Assembly (NCBI GenBank): GCA_907165135.1
Contig: OU015568.1
Location: 6,696,001-6,760,000, forward strand
Origin: Oikopleura dioica
Taxonomy: Eukaryota > Animalia > Chordata
Length of the DNA: 64,000 nucleotides
Direction: 5' to 3'
This document shows, piece after piece, positions 25,001 through 38,197 of the stretch (position 1 is the first letter of the stretch; the number at the start of each line of letters is the position of its first letter). Under the pieces are notes generated by a model that made no database searches, had not been told where the DNA came from, and saw nothing but the letters and a program-made list of their open reading frames with translations. Position numbers and translations under genes: made by a program.

Positions 25001-28000
25001 ACTCACGCGATCGGTGGTGAAATTTCTCTTCTCAGGGCATTCGTCGCTGCGCTGACCAATAGGAGCGCAGAGTTTGCGCGTGAGTAATGGGCATTCTTAT
25101 TTTCGCTCGATCGCTCGAATCTCGCTCGAGCGTCGCTCAAATCTCGCTCAAACGTCGCTCAAACCTCGCTCAGTTGTCGCTCGAATCTCGCTCAAACGTC
25201 GCTCAGAAATGGTATGTTTTCAACTTGAGCGAGCGAGCGACTGAGCGACTCTCTAAAAAAAGCAGTTGAGTGAGCGGAGCGTGAGCGATCGCTCGCTCGC
25301 TCATCGCTCGCTCACGCTCCGATATCGCTCAGCGCTCAGCCAGAATTGGAACCCTGAGCCCGACCAATCAGAGCGCGCGGCAAAGCGAATATTTGAGAAA
25401 TTCGCTGAATTTCTGAAAAATTCTCCGAGAAAATTCGTTTTCATTCGTTTTGCATATTCGCTCATTAGAGAATATTCGTAAACGAATAAATAGAAATTCA
25501 AATGAAAAACGAATAATTTTGCGAATTCAAAATACCGAACCCTGGAATATATATTGTTCTTCATAACTGCAGCAAGGAAGACAATAGTCACGATCTTTTC
25601 GAGCATCATGAAAACCACCAAACTTTGGCAGTGGAATGCAGTCGTCGCAAATAGACTCATTTTCGCAAGGCTGGTTATCTTCATCTTCATCCTCGAATTT
25701 CATTCCACAAGTAGGAAACTGCTCGTGATTATTAATTGGAATATCAATATGTCCAAGCAAGTAAGAGTACTTCAAAATGGTGCAAGAGACAATTATCCAA
25801 AGAATATTGATGAATATAAAATACATGAACTTCTCATCCTTGAACTTTGTCATTTCCTCAGCCAATTTGTTTTCGTGCTTTTCGACTGTTTTGCTGTTTC
25901 TTCCCTTCTTTTTGATCCCAATGAAGCCATCAGTTGGGTCTTGCATTCGTTCCCAAAACTCTTGCTCAGGATTGCTCAATGTGTAAACCTTGCAATCTGA
26001 AAATAAACAATTTGCCTCTCTGTCTTTACATAAATTATCAGGTCAAATCTTACTTTTGTGAAACGGAGATCCATCACCAAGGACCCAACTAAGATATTTC
26101 GATTGAAATTTCTTATACAGTTTGATTTCCCTATCCCTGACGTCCTCCAGTTTCCAGTTTCTAAACTCTCCCTTCGGTTTCTTTTCTTTGCGATTCTCCT
26201 CTTTCACGCGAGGGTTGTTCATGAAGAGACACCAATGCCTTTCATCTTGGGATCTCAATGTTTTGATGGTGAATCCTCCATACAGCCGTTCTTGCGTTAT
26301 TGGTTCTAGGAAAACTTTATCGCTTGCTTCAGCAGCCGATGACTCATCCCCAACAGCTGTTTGATGCTGACTCTTTCGTCGTTCATTTTTGTTATTTGCG
26401 TACTTTATTTTTCCCTCAATCTTTGCTTTCATTATCCCCTGCTTTTCTAAATCTTCTTCTTTTTCAACGGGAAAAGTCTCTCTTTCTCGAGTTGGAACAA
26501 ACTCATAGTAAGTTTCTGGACGAGCTTTTCTTTTAAGTTTACCGCTATTTTGAATCTTTTTCTTCTTTTCTTTCGTTTTATCTTCATTTTTAGGCTCTTC
26601 AGTTTTTGCTTTATCCTTAGTATTCGCCTCATCCTTCTTCAACAGACTCTTATTCTCGCCTTCTTCTTTCGATCTTATATCATACGAGTCCATGCAAATC
26701 AAACAAGCACAGTTAGTTCCATCAAGACCTTCTTCCTCCTCTTTTCGAATTTGCTCCGGATTTTTCCCGGTAACCCGTTGCCAAAAGGTCTTTTCAACTT
26801 TCTTATCTGTGCTTGCTGCTTGCCTGGTTCCCCAAGAACAGTCATTCAAGTTCGCGATCGAGTAGATTTGCAGAAAGATGAAGCAAGAGGGAATGAAAAG
26901 GAAGTAAACCACCCCACAGAGAAGAGCATAAAAATCCCAGTGAAGAATCGCAGCGACTGATTCAGTTCAAAATTTCCATGAAAGCAACTTTTTTCTTTGA
27001 GAAACATTTTGAACTTTCCTATGTGTATTCCAGCCATCGCCACAAAAAACATGAAACTTGGGGAGAAAGGGCAAGTCATGCCCTCTATAAAAATTCCTAT
27101 GAACACAAGCGCCATCAGAAAAGAAAATGCAAGCGAGAACCAGGTGGCGAGCTGAATTTGAAAGTCTCCGTCGTTTGATAAATAACAAGCCATAGTAAAA
27201 ATTGCGACGGGAAAAATTACGATGAAATAGCAAACCCATCTAGGAATCGAGTTTCCTATAAGTATGATTATGTTTCTTCTTATTAAATAAGCCACTTACC
27301 AACTCCAAGAGAAAATGCTTCCGCTACCATCATCATTGTCGTCGAAACGCCTATAAGAGCAAATACCATGACGGTGAATTGGTACAAAATGTAGGGCACA
27401 GATATGTACGGGTTAGAGCTTCTAGCTAGTTTCTGTTGAGCAACGAGATTCCAGATGTTTGCTGTCGTTGATGGACCCCATCGCCGCCGCTGTTTGTAAA
27501 ATGTTGGAAGATCTTCTGGAGCAAAGGTATTACAGTGAGAAGATCCTTCGTACTCTATTCGTCCACCGGAAAAGAGCATCAAAGTACAGAGCCATCTATC
27601 TTCACCCTGATCATATTGAAGCTTTTCCATCGGATTCAGCGCGAGAGACTTGTACATCGCCATGACATTCGGTTCACTCAAATAACTCACTCTCATAAGC
27701 GAAAAACATCCTGGCGAGCAAAGAACACAACCCAACACATGTTCCGCTGCTTTTTGGAGCCAGTGACCCACCGCGTATTCAAAGTTCTGATAAGCCACCA
27801 GCCAACCTGATCCTTTAGGGTGAATCGCGCCACAACAAGCGGCAAGTTTATCGTTTCTCATGCAGCGATCAAGGACTAATTCGAATGCATCAGGTTCAAA
27901 ATCAACATCGCCGTCAAGAGCCAGCACGAAAGACTTTGATTTCTTTACTCTCATATTATCAGAATCTCGAAGCTCACAGGCATCAATCTTCCAGCCGATC

Positions 28001-30507
28001 AGGTAGTAGAGATACATCACTTGACTCCATCGTTTTCCACGTTGCACGAGTTCGGCGTCCTTCAGGTGAATGACGAAATCATAGCCGGCGATTTTATAAA
28101 CCACTCGACCGCCATAAGGAGTTCTGATGATTTTTCCTTCTTCGAGCGCTTTGGGTGTGATGTATTCGTTATCTTCGTACTTTGAAAGAACATCTTTGAA
28201 TACGGTTTGAAATTGAACTACCCATTCGTTCAGCTGCATCCATTCTTTCGCGTCAATAAAGTCGTCTGTTGGAAGTTTTTTCGGTTTACTTTTCTTTTTA
28301 TCTTCATTTTTATCACTTTTCTCGACTTCTTCTCGTTCTTGTTTATCCTTTTTGACTTCTTCTTTTTCTTTGTCCGTCGGTTTGTTGACGAAAACATTGT
28401 CAAAGAAAATGTGCATTTCGAGTTCATACTGATTTTCTTGAGAAGGATCATTTTTTTTCATCCGCGCGTGGCGGAGAAGTTTGACCACCGATCTCAAAAG
28501 AGTCGCCATTTCAAAATCTTCTTCGTGCCACAACGTTGTGCATATAAAGATGTAAGGATTCTTCTGCCCCTTTGACCACATGCCTGACTTGTTCGTTTTT
28601 CTTCCGGAAACCCGAGTTGTCTTTTTCGATCCAGAACTGAACTCTTTGTTGAAAGCGTCACTTTCTTGCTCTTCTATGATATCAATGGTTCTTCTGTTGA
28701 GAAGCGAAAATGTGGATGTTCCAACGGGGCGAAATGCAGGAAGCATAAACACGTGTCGATCAAGAGGGTAGATGAAATTTCTCGGCGTCCAAATATATTG
28801 AGTGAGGCAGAGTAGATGCAAGATCCCCAAGAGCCCGGTGACAAATGACATGATCAAGGAAGTCTCAATCGTTGATGATTCCCGAGTAGTATCAGAAAGT
28901 GATCGATTCTGATAACCAGGGACTTGTGGATAAACTTCCGTAAAAAGCAAATGATCATTCTCGTATTCCAGTTCCCCTTGAAAAATTTGCGATTCCATTC
29001 GAGTAGCATCTTGAAAAAATACCGCACAAAGCGCGATCAGGGGTCCTAAGGCTCCGGATACAGCTAGACCAGATTTTTGAAGGCCAAGTTTTACTGATAC
29101 TTTTTGCAGATATGATGTCATTACTGTGCTGATTGCATAAACGATCATCCAGAGCTGGAAGTTGTCCCCAGGGTGCTCATATGAGGGCCGATTATCGTGA
29201 GGAAGGAAGACGATGAGGGCGAGAATGATGCATTTCATCGGAGTTGCAAAGAGGTGCGAAATGATGATCGAAAGTTCTGGGTCTTCTTGCTTCTTATTTT
29301 CTGATTTCTTAGGGCTTCGATTTGCCCCTGAATCTGGAGATTTCTTTTTGATTCCTCGGCCAACAGAATGGATCGTTGCAATTACAGAATTACTCGGGCA
29401 AATTGAAAAGTTGATATAGTTTGGAACGGACATCATATTCACGCAAAGAATTACGAACAAGCTCTTCACGATGTCGTCCGTGTCGAAAAACATCATCACA
29501 TGTCCAATCGTAAAGAAAATCCATTGGCCGTAAGGGGCGAATTTTTTCAAAACAGAAAGGATTGGTTCACAACATTTTTTCAGAACCCCTTTTTTCTCCT
29601 CGATTTGAACTTGTTGATTACCAGCGTTAGCTTCTTCCGCCGCTTGTTTAGCTTCTTCAACTGTTTTATCTTGAAATAAAGAGAACACTAAGGGCACGGC
29701 TGTGGGAAACATTAAGACCGCCACGTTCATCGTCCTTAATTCATCGTCAAACAGATAGCTCTAGCGCTTTTCTGACCTTGATATATCCGGTGCAAGATAA
29801 AACACATAAAACCCCACTCCAACGGCGTATATCATTTCGGTGACACAAGTTACTAGGATCTGTAGGAATTTGGGGAATGGCGGTCTTTTGAAGATCGCAA
29901 AGTAGAGGCAATATAAAAATGTGTAGAATTCTGGGATGAGGAGTACCGCGAACAAGATTTTGAACTCTGAACATAAGTGTCATCAAATCAATTCAATAAA
30001 TTCATAAAATATACGAGAGATTAAAGTACCTGTAAAATCTTCTGCGTTTCTTGAGCTTCTATATTCCATTTGATAACCGCCAAGTATTCGAGAGCGAGTC
30101 TCACTACCGCCAGGTGTTGTATCTTCACTTATGCTCGCTATATGGAACTCATTATTCATCTCAGCAAAAGAAAAGTACTGAAGCGCATTCGATACGACGC
30201 ACAAAACCCCAATTAGAATATTGAAAGTGTGCCATAAAATGATCCTATTTCGATGCGATTTCGACGACGGAAGAGCGAATTCTGTTATATTTGGTTCTGT
30301 TTTTGCAATGTTCCATGGCTCGGTCTTCTCGTCATCTGCCTTTTTTGCCTGCTGCTCAGTTGAATCTTCGGGAGCTTCTACGACTTGTGGATCAGAAAAT
30401 CCGGCATTTGAAGGATGGGAAATTTTATCAGCAGCGCTTTCTGTTGTCGCACTTGTTGGAGGAGATTCTCCTTCAAACTGTACTTTAGTTTTTCTTGACA
30501 TTCTCAT
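19067..30507 (-). CDS. CHS: Chitin synthase (metazoan type), with a late coding exon interrupted by nested transposons at 19805-25544
   Basis: CTTLWHE, DGD, QNFEYAVGHWLQKAAEHVLGCVLCSPGCFSL, GEDRWL and QRRRW motifs in 27283-29730. The conserved C-terminal TM motif (TQTICMLWHRVSTLFHYIA) lies on the far side of the insertion at ~19600-19740. More 5' exons may extend to ~31160. Confidence 0.95.
20339..22879 (-). CDS. hAT transposase, 5 exons, ~790 aa
   Basis: BED-like C..C...RHAKRYH; SFRLLESEQF; DDE residues in SLEID, VICDGG and PGSSCDLEREFS; CGAH (CxxH); IRWN; FWKAMSTRFPRLS dimerisation motif. Four GT-AG introns keep the frame open. Confidence 0.92.
22999..23991 (-). CDS. Second gene inside the hAT element (4 exons, ~280 aa, function unknown)
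   Basis: In-frame GTAAG..AG introns at ~23727, ~23345 and ~23140. Acidic, Ala/Ser-rich N-terminus; ends ESKKKRSALPATGPAAKKKALP* (NLS-like). Confidence 0.75.
24518..24721. repeat. Imperfect ~50-60 bp direct repeat inside the hAT 5' region
   Basis: TGTAGACGGCGGG..AA.CCCACGACCTAA...CACGCCA..ATATTGT at 24518-24567 and 24659-24721. Confidence 0.7.
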
Positions 30508-31769
30508 TTCTCTATCTTTTTCAACACGGCAGTTAGAAAATTACTGGGCATTACTATCTTTTTTTTAGTTTCTTTTCCCTTCTGAAGACCAGCCAGCCGT
30601 TTCTGAGCATGAAACTATTTACCTGGGCACTTTATGGACCGATAGGAAACACGCGCACGGTCAGATAAAGGTCACTTCATTGCGACAATTTTGATATTTT
30701 CAAGCATTTGAGAATTTTTTTCTTTCCTGATTTACTGTATTTTACTGCTTCTAATCGACATTAGCGGCGATACATGAGTGTCTGTCTTTCCCACATTCTC
30801 TTCCTTGATTCCACTTCTTTCAGTCATTTTCGAGTAAATACAGTAACTTAGCAGCCCTCTTACATGTTTCATTAAAAGCATCTTCCTTCGCTGATTAATT
30901 CCAGTACAGTAAGAATAACCAAAAGCAGCAGTAATTAGCAGCCTCTAATTTGGAAACTGGCCGTCCTCTAAGTAAAGTCGGCTCGGTGGCGCTCGATCGA
31001 ACTGGCCGAAATCATCAAAGAGGAAAAACTCATTATCTCACTTGAAGAGAATTTTGTTCAAGAAACATCCCATAAATCTTTTTCAAGATATGATTATCAT
31101 CTTCCTTGCAGCTTTCTTGAACTTGGCTTTCAGTCAGTACAGTTTCAGGACCGTGGATTTTAGTTCCTTGATCATTTTCTAAAATTGAAATTCTAGTGAT
31201 AATTTGAAGTGCTCCCCGGAGAAAGTGGACTAAACCAATTTTCGGAAGTGAATTTTTGGATAACCAATAAGATTGCTGTATTTGGCCTACCGGCCAATCA
31301 AAACCCTTTCCATAAAAATCTGTTCCAAAAATTGGTTCTACCCGAGAAAGTTGCTAGAATCCATTTGTCAGCTCAGAAAACTACTTGTTCAAGATATCAG
31401 AAAACTCGGAAATTGGGACGGTTTTGGAGGGAGATTCGCTTAAAGTCCGACCGGCATGCGCAGAAGTTACGATGAACATATTTTCTCCTGACTTTGATTT
31501 CAATAGGAAAGTTTTACAAAATGAATCGAGATTCATTATGAGGTATAATTTGTAATACGTAATAAAAGCGCTGGGCAGTTGGTTTCATTACGCGTGTTCG
31601 ACCGCGAAGCTCAAAGGAAAGGGTTCTGCTGAGGATGATCCGCTCAATCGAGCCTCCATCTGGATACTCTTCGCCGTAAATCGATATTGAGATGATTCTG
31701 CATAATTTAGAAAAAAATAATTACTCGGATAAAATATATTGACCGCGCATTAATATTGACACGTTTCAG

Positions 31770-34700
31770 ATTTTGATCAACAAATTCAGAATATACCCTC
31801 TTTCAAGTCGATATCAGTTTCATATTGAAGCCAGTATTGGCGAAGTTGTGACGTTGACGGCGTTTATTACAGGCACTGCTCATCGAAAATAATGACCAAG
31901 TTTAAAAACCTGTGTAAAAAATCTGAATAAGGGAACCTAACTTAGGGTGTGAAGAGTCATAAACGAAAAGCCGCGCAGCGGCTTTTTTAATCTCGAAGCC
32001 GCGAAGCGGCTTTGCCCAAATTACCATTAAGAATGGTCCATTCTGACCAATTTTTAATTCTAGCGAAGCCGCTTCGACCCTGACTCAAGTTTTCTACACA
32101 GGTTGCTGAGCCCAAAATTTGGTAAAATTTTTCGAGCTTGAAAAAGTCGAAATCATGGATGAAAATGACAACTTCCCAGTTTTCCTCAAACCCTACGATT
32201 TTATTTCTATTCAATGGGCCCCAAATCAGACTGTTTATAATTTGAGTGCAACAGACGCAGATCAAAATTGGAATGGCCAAATATATTATCGGCTTACTGA
32301 AGATACTGATCTATTTGTAATTGAAGGGAGTATTCTGCGGTCAACCTCGATCGACCCGGGCGAAGAAACGCAATTAATAGAAATTGAGGTGCTTTTTGAA
32401 AATGAGCTGTTTCTCTGTAGTAAATTGATTTTAGGCTTACGATGGGGGGATTCCTCCGAAATCTTCGACGATGATTCTTCAAATTTCACCGACTTCGGAC
32501 GATTTTGAGTCCGGTCCAAAGATAGCCAACACTTATTTCTCTGTGGAAACATGTTATCAGCAGCAACAGGTTGTTGGAAAATTGGAGGTCAAAAACCTAA
32601 AATCAAAGTCGACGGAACTAGAGTTTAAATTCGTCGAGAAAAACTCAAGATTTGAAATTGACAAAAAATCTGGGTGGATTTGGACGAAAAATTTGCTCAA
32701 ATACTCTTCTTATGAATCAATCGCAGTGAGAGTTATTGTGAGAATAAAAGAAAACGAGGAGATTCAACTCAGAGAAGAAATTAAAATCAATCTGAGCTAC
32801 TGTAAGAAAATCGCGCCAGAAATCAAGACAAGCTCTTTATCCGTCCAGATTCATTATCAATCTGAAAGAAGCTTTGTCGTTGGAAAAATTGAATATTCGA
32901 AAGAGCCGATTTCAACGCGTTTGGAAATTCTGTGGGTCGAAAACGTTCGCTACTCGACGAACTCGTTTTGGATCGCGAATGGCAATCTGCTCATGGGAAA
33001 ACGCTTCGATGGCGAAAATCGAAAACTCGAAAGTACTCGAAAAGTTCTGCTGCGCGCGTGTTTATGGGAGTCCCTTACGGTCTGTTCCCTTCGAAACATT
33101 ACAGTAAGCATCAGTGATCAGCGACTTGGCGCGAGTTTTATTCATCCATCAGTGATTCCCGTTGAAAAGGGAAGGAATAAATTTACATTGAAATCATTCG
33201 ACGGTGAGGGGCGAAATAGTGGAAAGAAAATCGACTTAGACTCATTCAGCAAAAGATACTCTTTGTCCTCCTTTGGCAGATTCTCCTTTACCGGCGAGTT
33301 GAAGAATACCGAAGAAGTGTTTCTCAGTGTGGGATCATCTCCTGCGAAATTGACGCTGATTCCAGTCGGAGAAAAAGTCGCTGGAAATTGTCAAATCGTG
33401 CCGGAAATGATTACAATATTCACGGATTCCGAAGACGTCCCATTCGCGGAAATCAACACGAATTTGACGACTTTGTTTCTCGCGAATTTCAGGAACTTCG
33501 ACTCTGACTCTCCTCAACAACCATTTTTGAAAGTGAAGAATCGACGAATTTTCCCAGAAAGTAGCCTGAAATCCACCCGGGTTGGGCTTTATACAGCGGA
33601 TGTCTACTGCACTACGGGCAAAATCTATAATTTGGCGAAGATTTCGATCAGAGTTGTTTCGAAGGAATTAAATTTCATCGCGACCGGATTTGATCGACCA
33701 ATTTATACGATCAAAGGAAAGGATTTCAAAAAAGCACTTTCCTTTTTTTGAATAATCGAGCTTTGGAAATCCTTCTTAAGTGTCAGAAAACGTCAAGCCC
33801 GGAACATTTCTTCTTTCTTTGCGACGGGATCGAAGATGTCCAGGAGCGCGATATTCGACGGCGACGGATATTATCGAAATTGATGCAAATTTGGGGCATG
33901 TTTCATTGAGACAGAGGCTCGATTTTGAAACGCAGAAGCAATTTAGGCTTTCTTTATTTTACCGCTGTGGGGAATTCTCGGCTTCTTCGGTGCTTGAAAT
34001 TGAAGTCGTCGACATCAACGATGAGGCACCTGCATTCATCACGGCTGAAAACTTCATATTCATCGTCCAGGAAGACTACAGGGGCGTTATTGGAAGAGTT
34101 GAAGCTTTTGATAGAGACTCGGAATTTCAATTCACTGTTCCAGAAAATGATTTCATCATGATCGAGAAGTCAACTGGTATTATATCGACGAACAAGGGAG
34201 CAAAGTTTTCTTCGAAAATGGGTCTCTTTGGATTCAAGTGCTATCTCGACGACGGAGGTTCGAAATCAGAGCGGATATTCTTCTTGAAAATAACTCCAAC
34301 AGCTGCGAATTCTTCGAAATTTTCGACAACGAAGATTTCGAATTTTAAAGATTCTTCCTTGCTCGGCATCCACAGCATTTCTGGACGACGGCATTTCATC
34401 AAATCTTCCTCACCAGCTCGGCTTTCCTCTTTTCTCGAGTACACTCCACTTTTCGGCATTCTGAGGAGAAAAGATTCACCAATCTTTCAGACTTCTCTAA
34501 CAGGAAACATAACACTCGCAGCAATCGATGAGAAAACTGAAACAATCACCGAAAAAGTCCTTTCAATTAGCCTGATCGACGAGCAATCGCCACGACTTAT
34601 TCCGCCACCTCCACCAAGATTGTCGAAACAAGCACCAAAGAAAGACGAAATTTCTGAGCAACTTTATCGCGAATTTAATGTGAGCGAATCAGTAGAAGTC

Positions 34701-37700
34701 GGGGAGATGATTGCTAGTCTGAGCTTCACAGAAGGATCTCATTTTGAAAACATTAACTCAGAAGTTTTCTCTATCAATTCTATAGGGGAGATCATCGTTA
34801 GAAAAAGACTGGACTGTGAGACAACGAAGACAATACCGGCCGATTTCAGCGAAAGAAATCTGAAGTACCCAAGCTGGTCAAGGACGATCAAAGTCACTTT
34901 CAACATTCTCGACGTCAACGACGAAGCGCCTTACATTTCCAACGCTCCTGAATCCATCAGCATCAGCGCTTCCCAAGTCGGCCAAATCATCGCCGTTCTC
35001 GATCTCAAAGATGACGACACTCCCGATCCGTTCTTTTTGAGTTCTATTTTCTCGACGCCCTTCGATCTTTCTGACTGCTTTTCGATTAACAACTTTGGCG
35101 AACTAACTCTTCTCAAGTATCCAGAAGACATAACTACAGGCGAAATAAGAGTGGTTGCTTCCGATAATGCCAAAGAAACTATCACTCCAATTCGAATAAA
35201 TGTGGAGAAGAAGCTCTCCAAATTTAGTGGCTTTACTGCAAGAAGCTGTGAGACCCCGGAATACTCTGAAAAAGTGGCCGAAAACGCTAAAATCGGCGAT
35301 AAAATCTTAAATTTACGAAAGAAATTTAGGATAATTCACGAAAATGACAGCGATCGAGCCTATTTTCGCGTTTCTCGCGGATTGTTATTTTTGAAAAAAG
35401 AACTGGACTTTGAGAAGATCGAAACTATTTTCATCCTTCTCGAGATGACCAGAGAAAAGTGCCAAGCAGTCTTGACAATATTGGTAGAAGATATAAATGA
35501 CGAAGCACCGAGATTTCTAACAAAATTTGTTTTCAACGCGACGAAAGAAATTGGAAAGTTTATCGGCAAAATCAGAGCATATGACGCAGACAAAAATGAT
35601 ATTCTCTCTTATTCGTCGGATAACCAGTTTGTGAAAGTTAACGAAGTCGGCGAAATCGAACTGAAAAAGGTTCCGAAAGAGGACAGCATCGTCATTTCTG
35701 TTGCGGCATCTGATGGGTTGCACAAAACGCAGACAGATGTCATCATTTCCTTCAAAGATTCGGCTGAAAAGATGGCAGAACTAATCACGAGTTGGACAGG
35801 GCTCAACGAGACCGATCTCTACACATTTACGTCTGCGTCTGATTTATTCACTGATCATGATCATGGATGTCCATTATTCTACATAAAGAGCAATGTCCTC
35901 AAGTTCAACGATAATTACGAGCGCACTCCTGGAACATTCAACTTATCAATCATCAACACTGAAACCAGCGAAAATTCGACTTTATCGTTGACGCTTTGTA
36001 AAAGAGGAGACCCGATTATCAGCTACAAACTTTCGTTCTCCTCCACACCCGTGAAGCTGTATTCCTTTGGTTCCTGCAGCTCCAGCTCTTGGATTGCCTC
36101 GCTTCCTGAGTTTTTGGAATTGAACGGGGAAAATCTCTTTCTTAATATTTCTGATCAAATTCAATTTCAAAAGTCCATTGGCAAAGAAATCTCGGTCGAT
36201 TTTGCTTGTTTGGTGTCATCGACAATAAGAACGATAAAATTTGAAATCACAGCTGGCTACTTTCCGAAAATGGACTTTGAGAAGGAGCGATACGTCTTTC
36301 AAGGAACAACCGGACGCGTCAACCTTCTTCCGACGAAATTTCAAAGCTATTTCTCGACGAAAAGCGATTCCATTGAAATCAACAAAGACGGAAGTATCAA
36401 CCTCAAAACTTACGGAAATGCATCGAAAATATCCGTCAGAATAGATGCTGTCAGCTTTACTTATCCGACAGTCACGGCAAGTACGATCGTCACTTTCAAT
36501 AAAATCTCAGAGCCAAGAAAAATTATTGAATGCTTCGATTTTTGCCCCGCTGATGATCGGGTCATCCTCAAAGCAGATTCGAAACTAGAAAGGAATAAAA
36601 CTGGACAAATTGTGCCGAAGAAAGCTTCGTCTTCTGAAGCACTGATTATTGAGAAGGGATTATATGGCGATGGGAAATCTTCGATCCTTGCAATAGGAAT
36701 CTCTTCGCAATCAGCAGTAAACTTGAAGCCGTCTGAACAAAAATTGGTTCTGACAAGAGACTCGAAGTTTATCGAGCTTGCAGATGGAACAGTTCGCTTG
36801 ATAGATCCCTCCATCCAGACCACGATTGAAGCTTTTATTTTCGAAAACAAGGAGCCGATAATAATAGACTCTATTCTGCTCCTTCCTTCTTGTGGATCAA
36901 CCTGCTCGCAGAGGGAAGAAGAAACCTTTGAGCTCAAATGTAAAACGACTGATTTGGACATTATTTCCTCCGACAACTGCAGCATCAAGAAACCAGAACG
37001 GTCAAAGTCTTTGAAATATCCATTGGAGCTTCTTGGTGGCGCTGTTGGAATAAGTTATGATTATAAACGGATCAGAAGAGTGGATTACGAGATTGACATG
37101 TATGATGATGTAGAAAGAGTGATATTTAGCTCTTTTTCTTCAGATGGAAAGTTCAGAATTGCCATTTCTTTGGACAAATGCGGCTTCAAAATCTATCAAA
37201 ACACTGGGGCGCAATTCAAGTCTTCTGGCTGCGAATCTATGAAGCTCAAGAATTTCGCGATCTCTTTTAATGACCGGATATCTATTCAATCTGGCGGGAA
37301 AACGGTTCTAAAAGGACCTCCTGAGCAACCCTTCCAGATGATTTTCGGTGGAGGTGTTTATGGACCAATAAATATTGGAGGAAAGCTGATTCAGCCGTTT
37401 TTCGGGAAAATAAATAACTTGGAAATATTTCCTGAAAACAGCATTGACTTCGTCGACATTGATGATGTTCTAAGGTCAATTAATTCCGATATTTCCAACA
37501 CAGAAGAGTGCAAAAATGATCTCTCTTTTGAGCGATTTTTCTGCTCAAAATCATCAGATAAGAATTTTAGCTCTGCTGGATTCTTAGGAAAGGTTGTCAT
37601 TTATAATTTCATATTGCTTTCGTTTCATAAATACTTTCATAAAACAACCATGCAAGCTTCATTTTCCATCGCTACTTTATTCGCGATAATATTTCTTGCG

Positions 37701-37976
37701 ACATTGAATTTGGTTTCCCGACGGTTCAACTTGTTTTCATTCAAGCCAATGGAGAAGAAATCAAACTCCCTAGCAACACTGCCCCAGCCAATGACCCCGA
37801 TGGCAAATCAACAAATCACTCAAGAAACGCCGATCATGAACGATGCGAGTTCCAACGCTAATCTTTCTGTCAGCAATCGGCACGAGTACTTGAGCGCCGT
37901 TTCTTTCAATTCTCTTCGCCGACCTCCAAATATCATTACCTCGCCGGGAGATATGGAGCGCGAACTTGTTCTTTGA
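31770..37976 (+). CDS. Divergent large cadherin (many EC repeats, LamG-like domain, TM, short tail)
   Basis: Repeated DxNDxxPxF (DENDNFPVF, DINDEAPAF, DVNDEAPYI, DINDEAPRF), LDFE/LDCE and AxDxD motifs; IFGGG...FFGKINNL LamG-like; TM IATLFAIIFLATLNLV. 5' end approximate. Confidence 0.85.
31896..32115. mobile_element. MITE, CTGGGCTC family, copy 3 (diverged; in a cadherin intron)
   Basis: Right arm CCCTGACTCAAGTTTTCTACACAGGTTGCTGAGCCCA, degraded left arm, internal AAGCCGC...GCGGCTT palindromes. Confidence 0.7.
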
Positions 37977-38197
37977 CAAAAACTTTCTGTAATAAAATTT
38001 TTATTTATTTAAAACAAATTATTTCTTAATCCATTCCGATTAATATATTTACGTAATGATTATTTGCCTTGCACATATTTTATTTTATAGTATAAATAAT
38101 AGATTCAACACGCACGAGGCTATTTTATTCTCGAATTTATTCACCAGATATATCGACGATAGAATTTCAGGAAAAAAGCTCCTTGAGTATTTTTCTT

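Larger units (their letters stand above)
20053..25356 (-). mobile_element. Autonomous hAT DNA transposon (5304 bp)
   Basis: 17-bp TIR CAGGGTTC(A/C)AATTCTGG. Perfect 8-bp TSD AGCCCGAC (20045-20052; 25357-25364). Inverted GAGCGA/TCGCTC subterminal arrays. Encodes an intact transposase. Confidence 0.95.
19805..25544. mobile_element. Outer hAT-type MITE (428 bp once the inner element is removed)
   Basis: Perfect 23-bp TIR CAGGGTTCGGTATTTTGAATTCG (19805-19827; 25522-25544). Perfect 8-bp TSD GAATATAT (19797-19804; 25545-25552). GCGAAT/ATTCGC subterminal repeats. Confidence 0.95.

Noticed and set aside
25087-25690. Short ORFs in the transposon ends
   Set aside because: Produced by low-complexity subterminal repeats.
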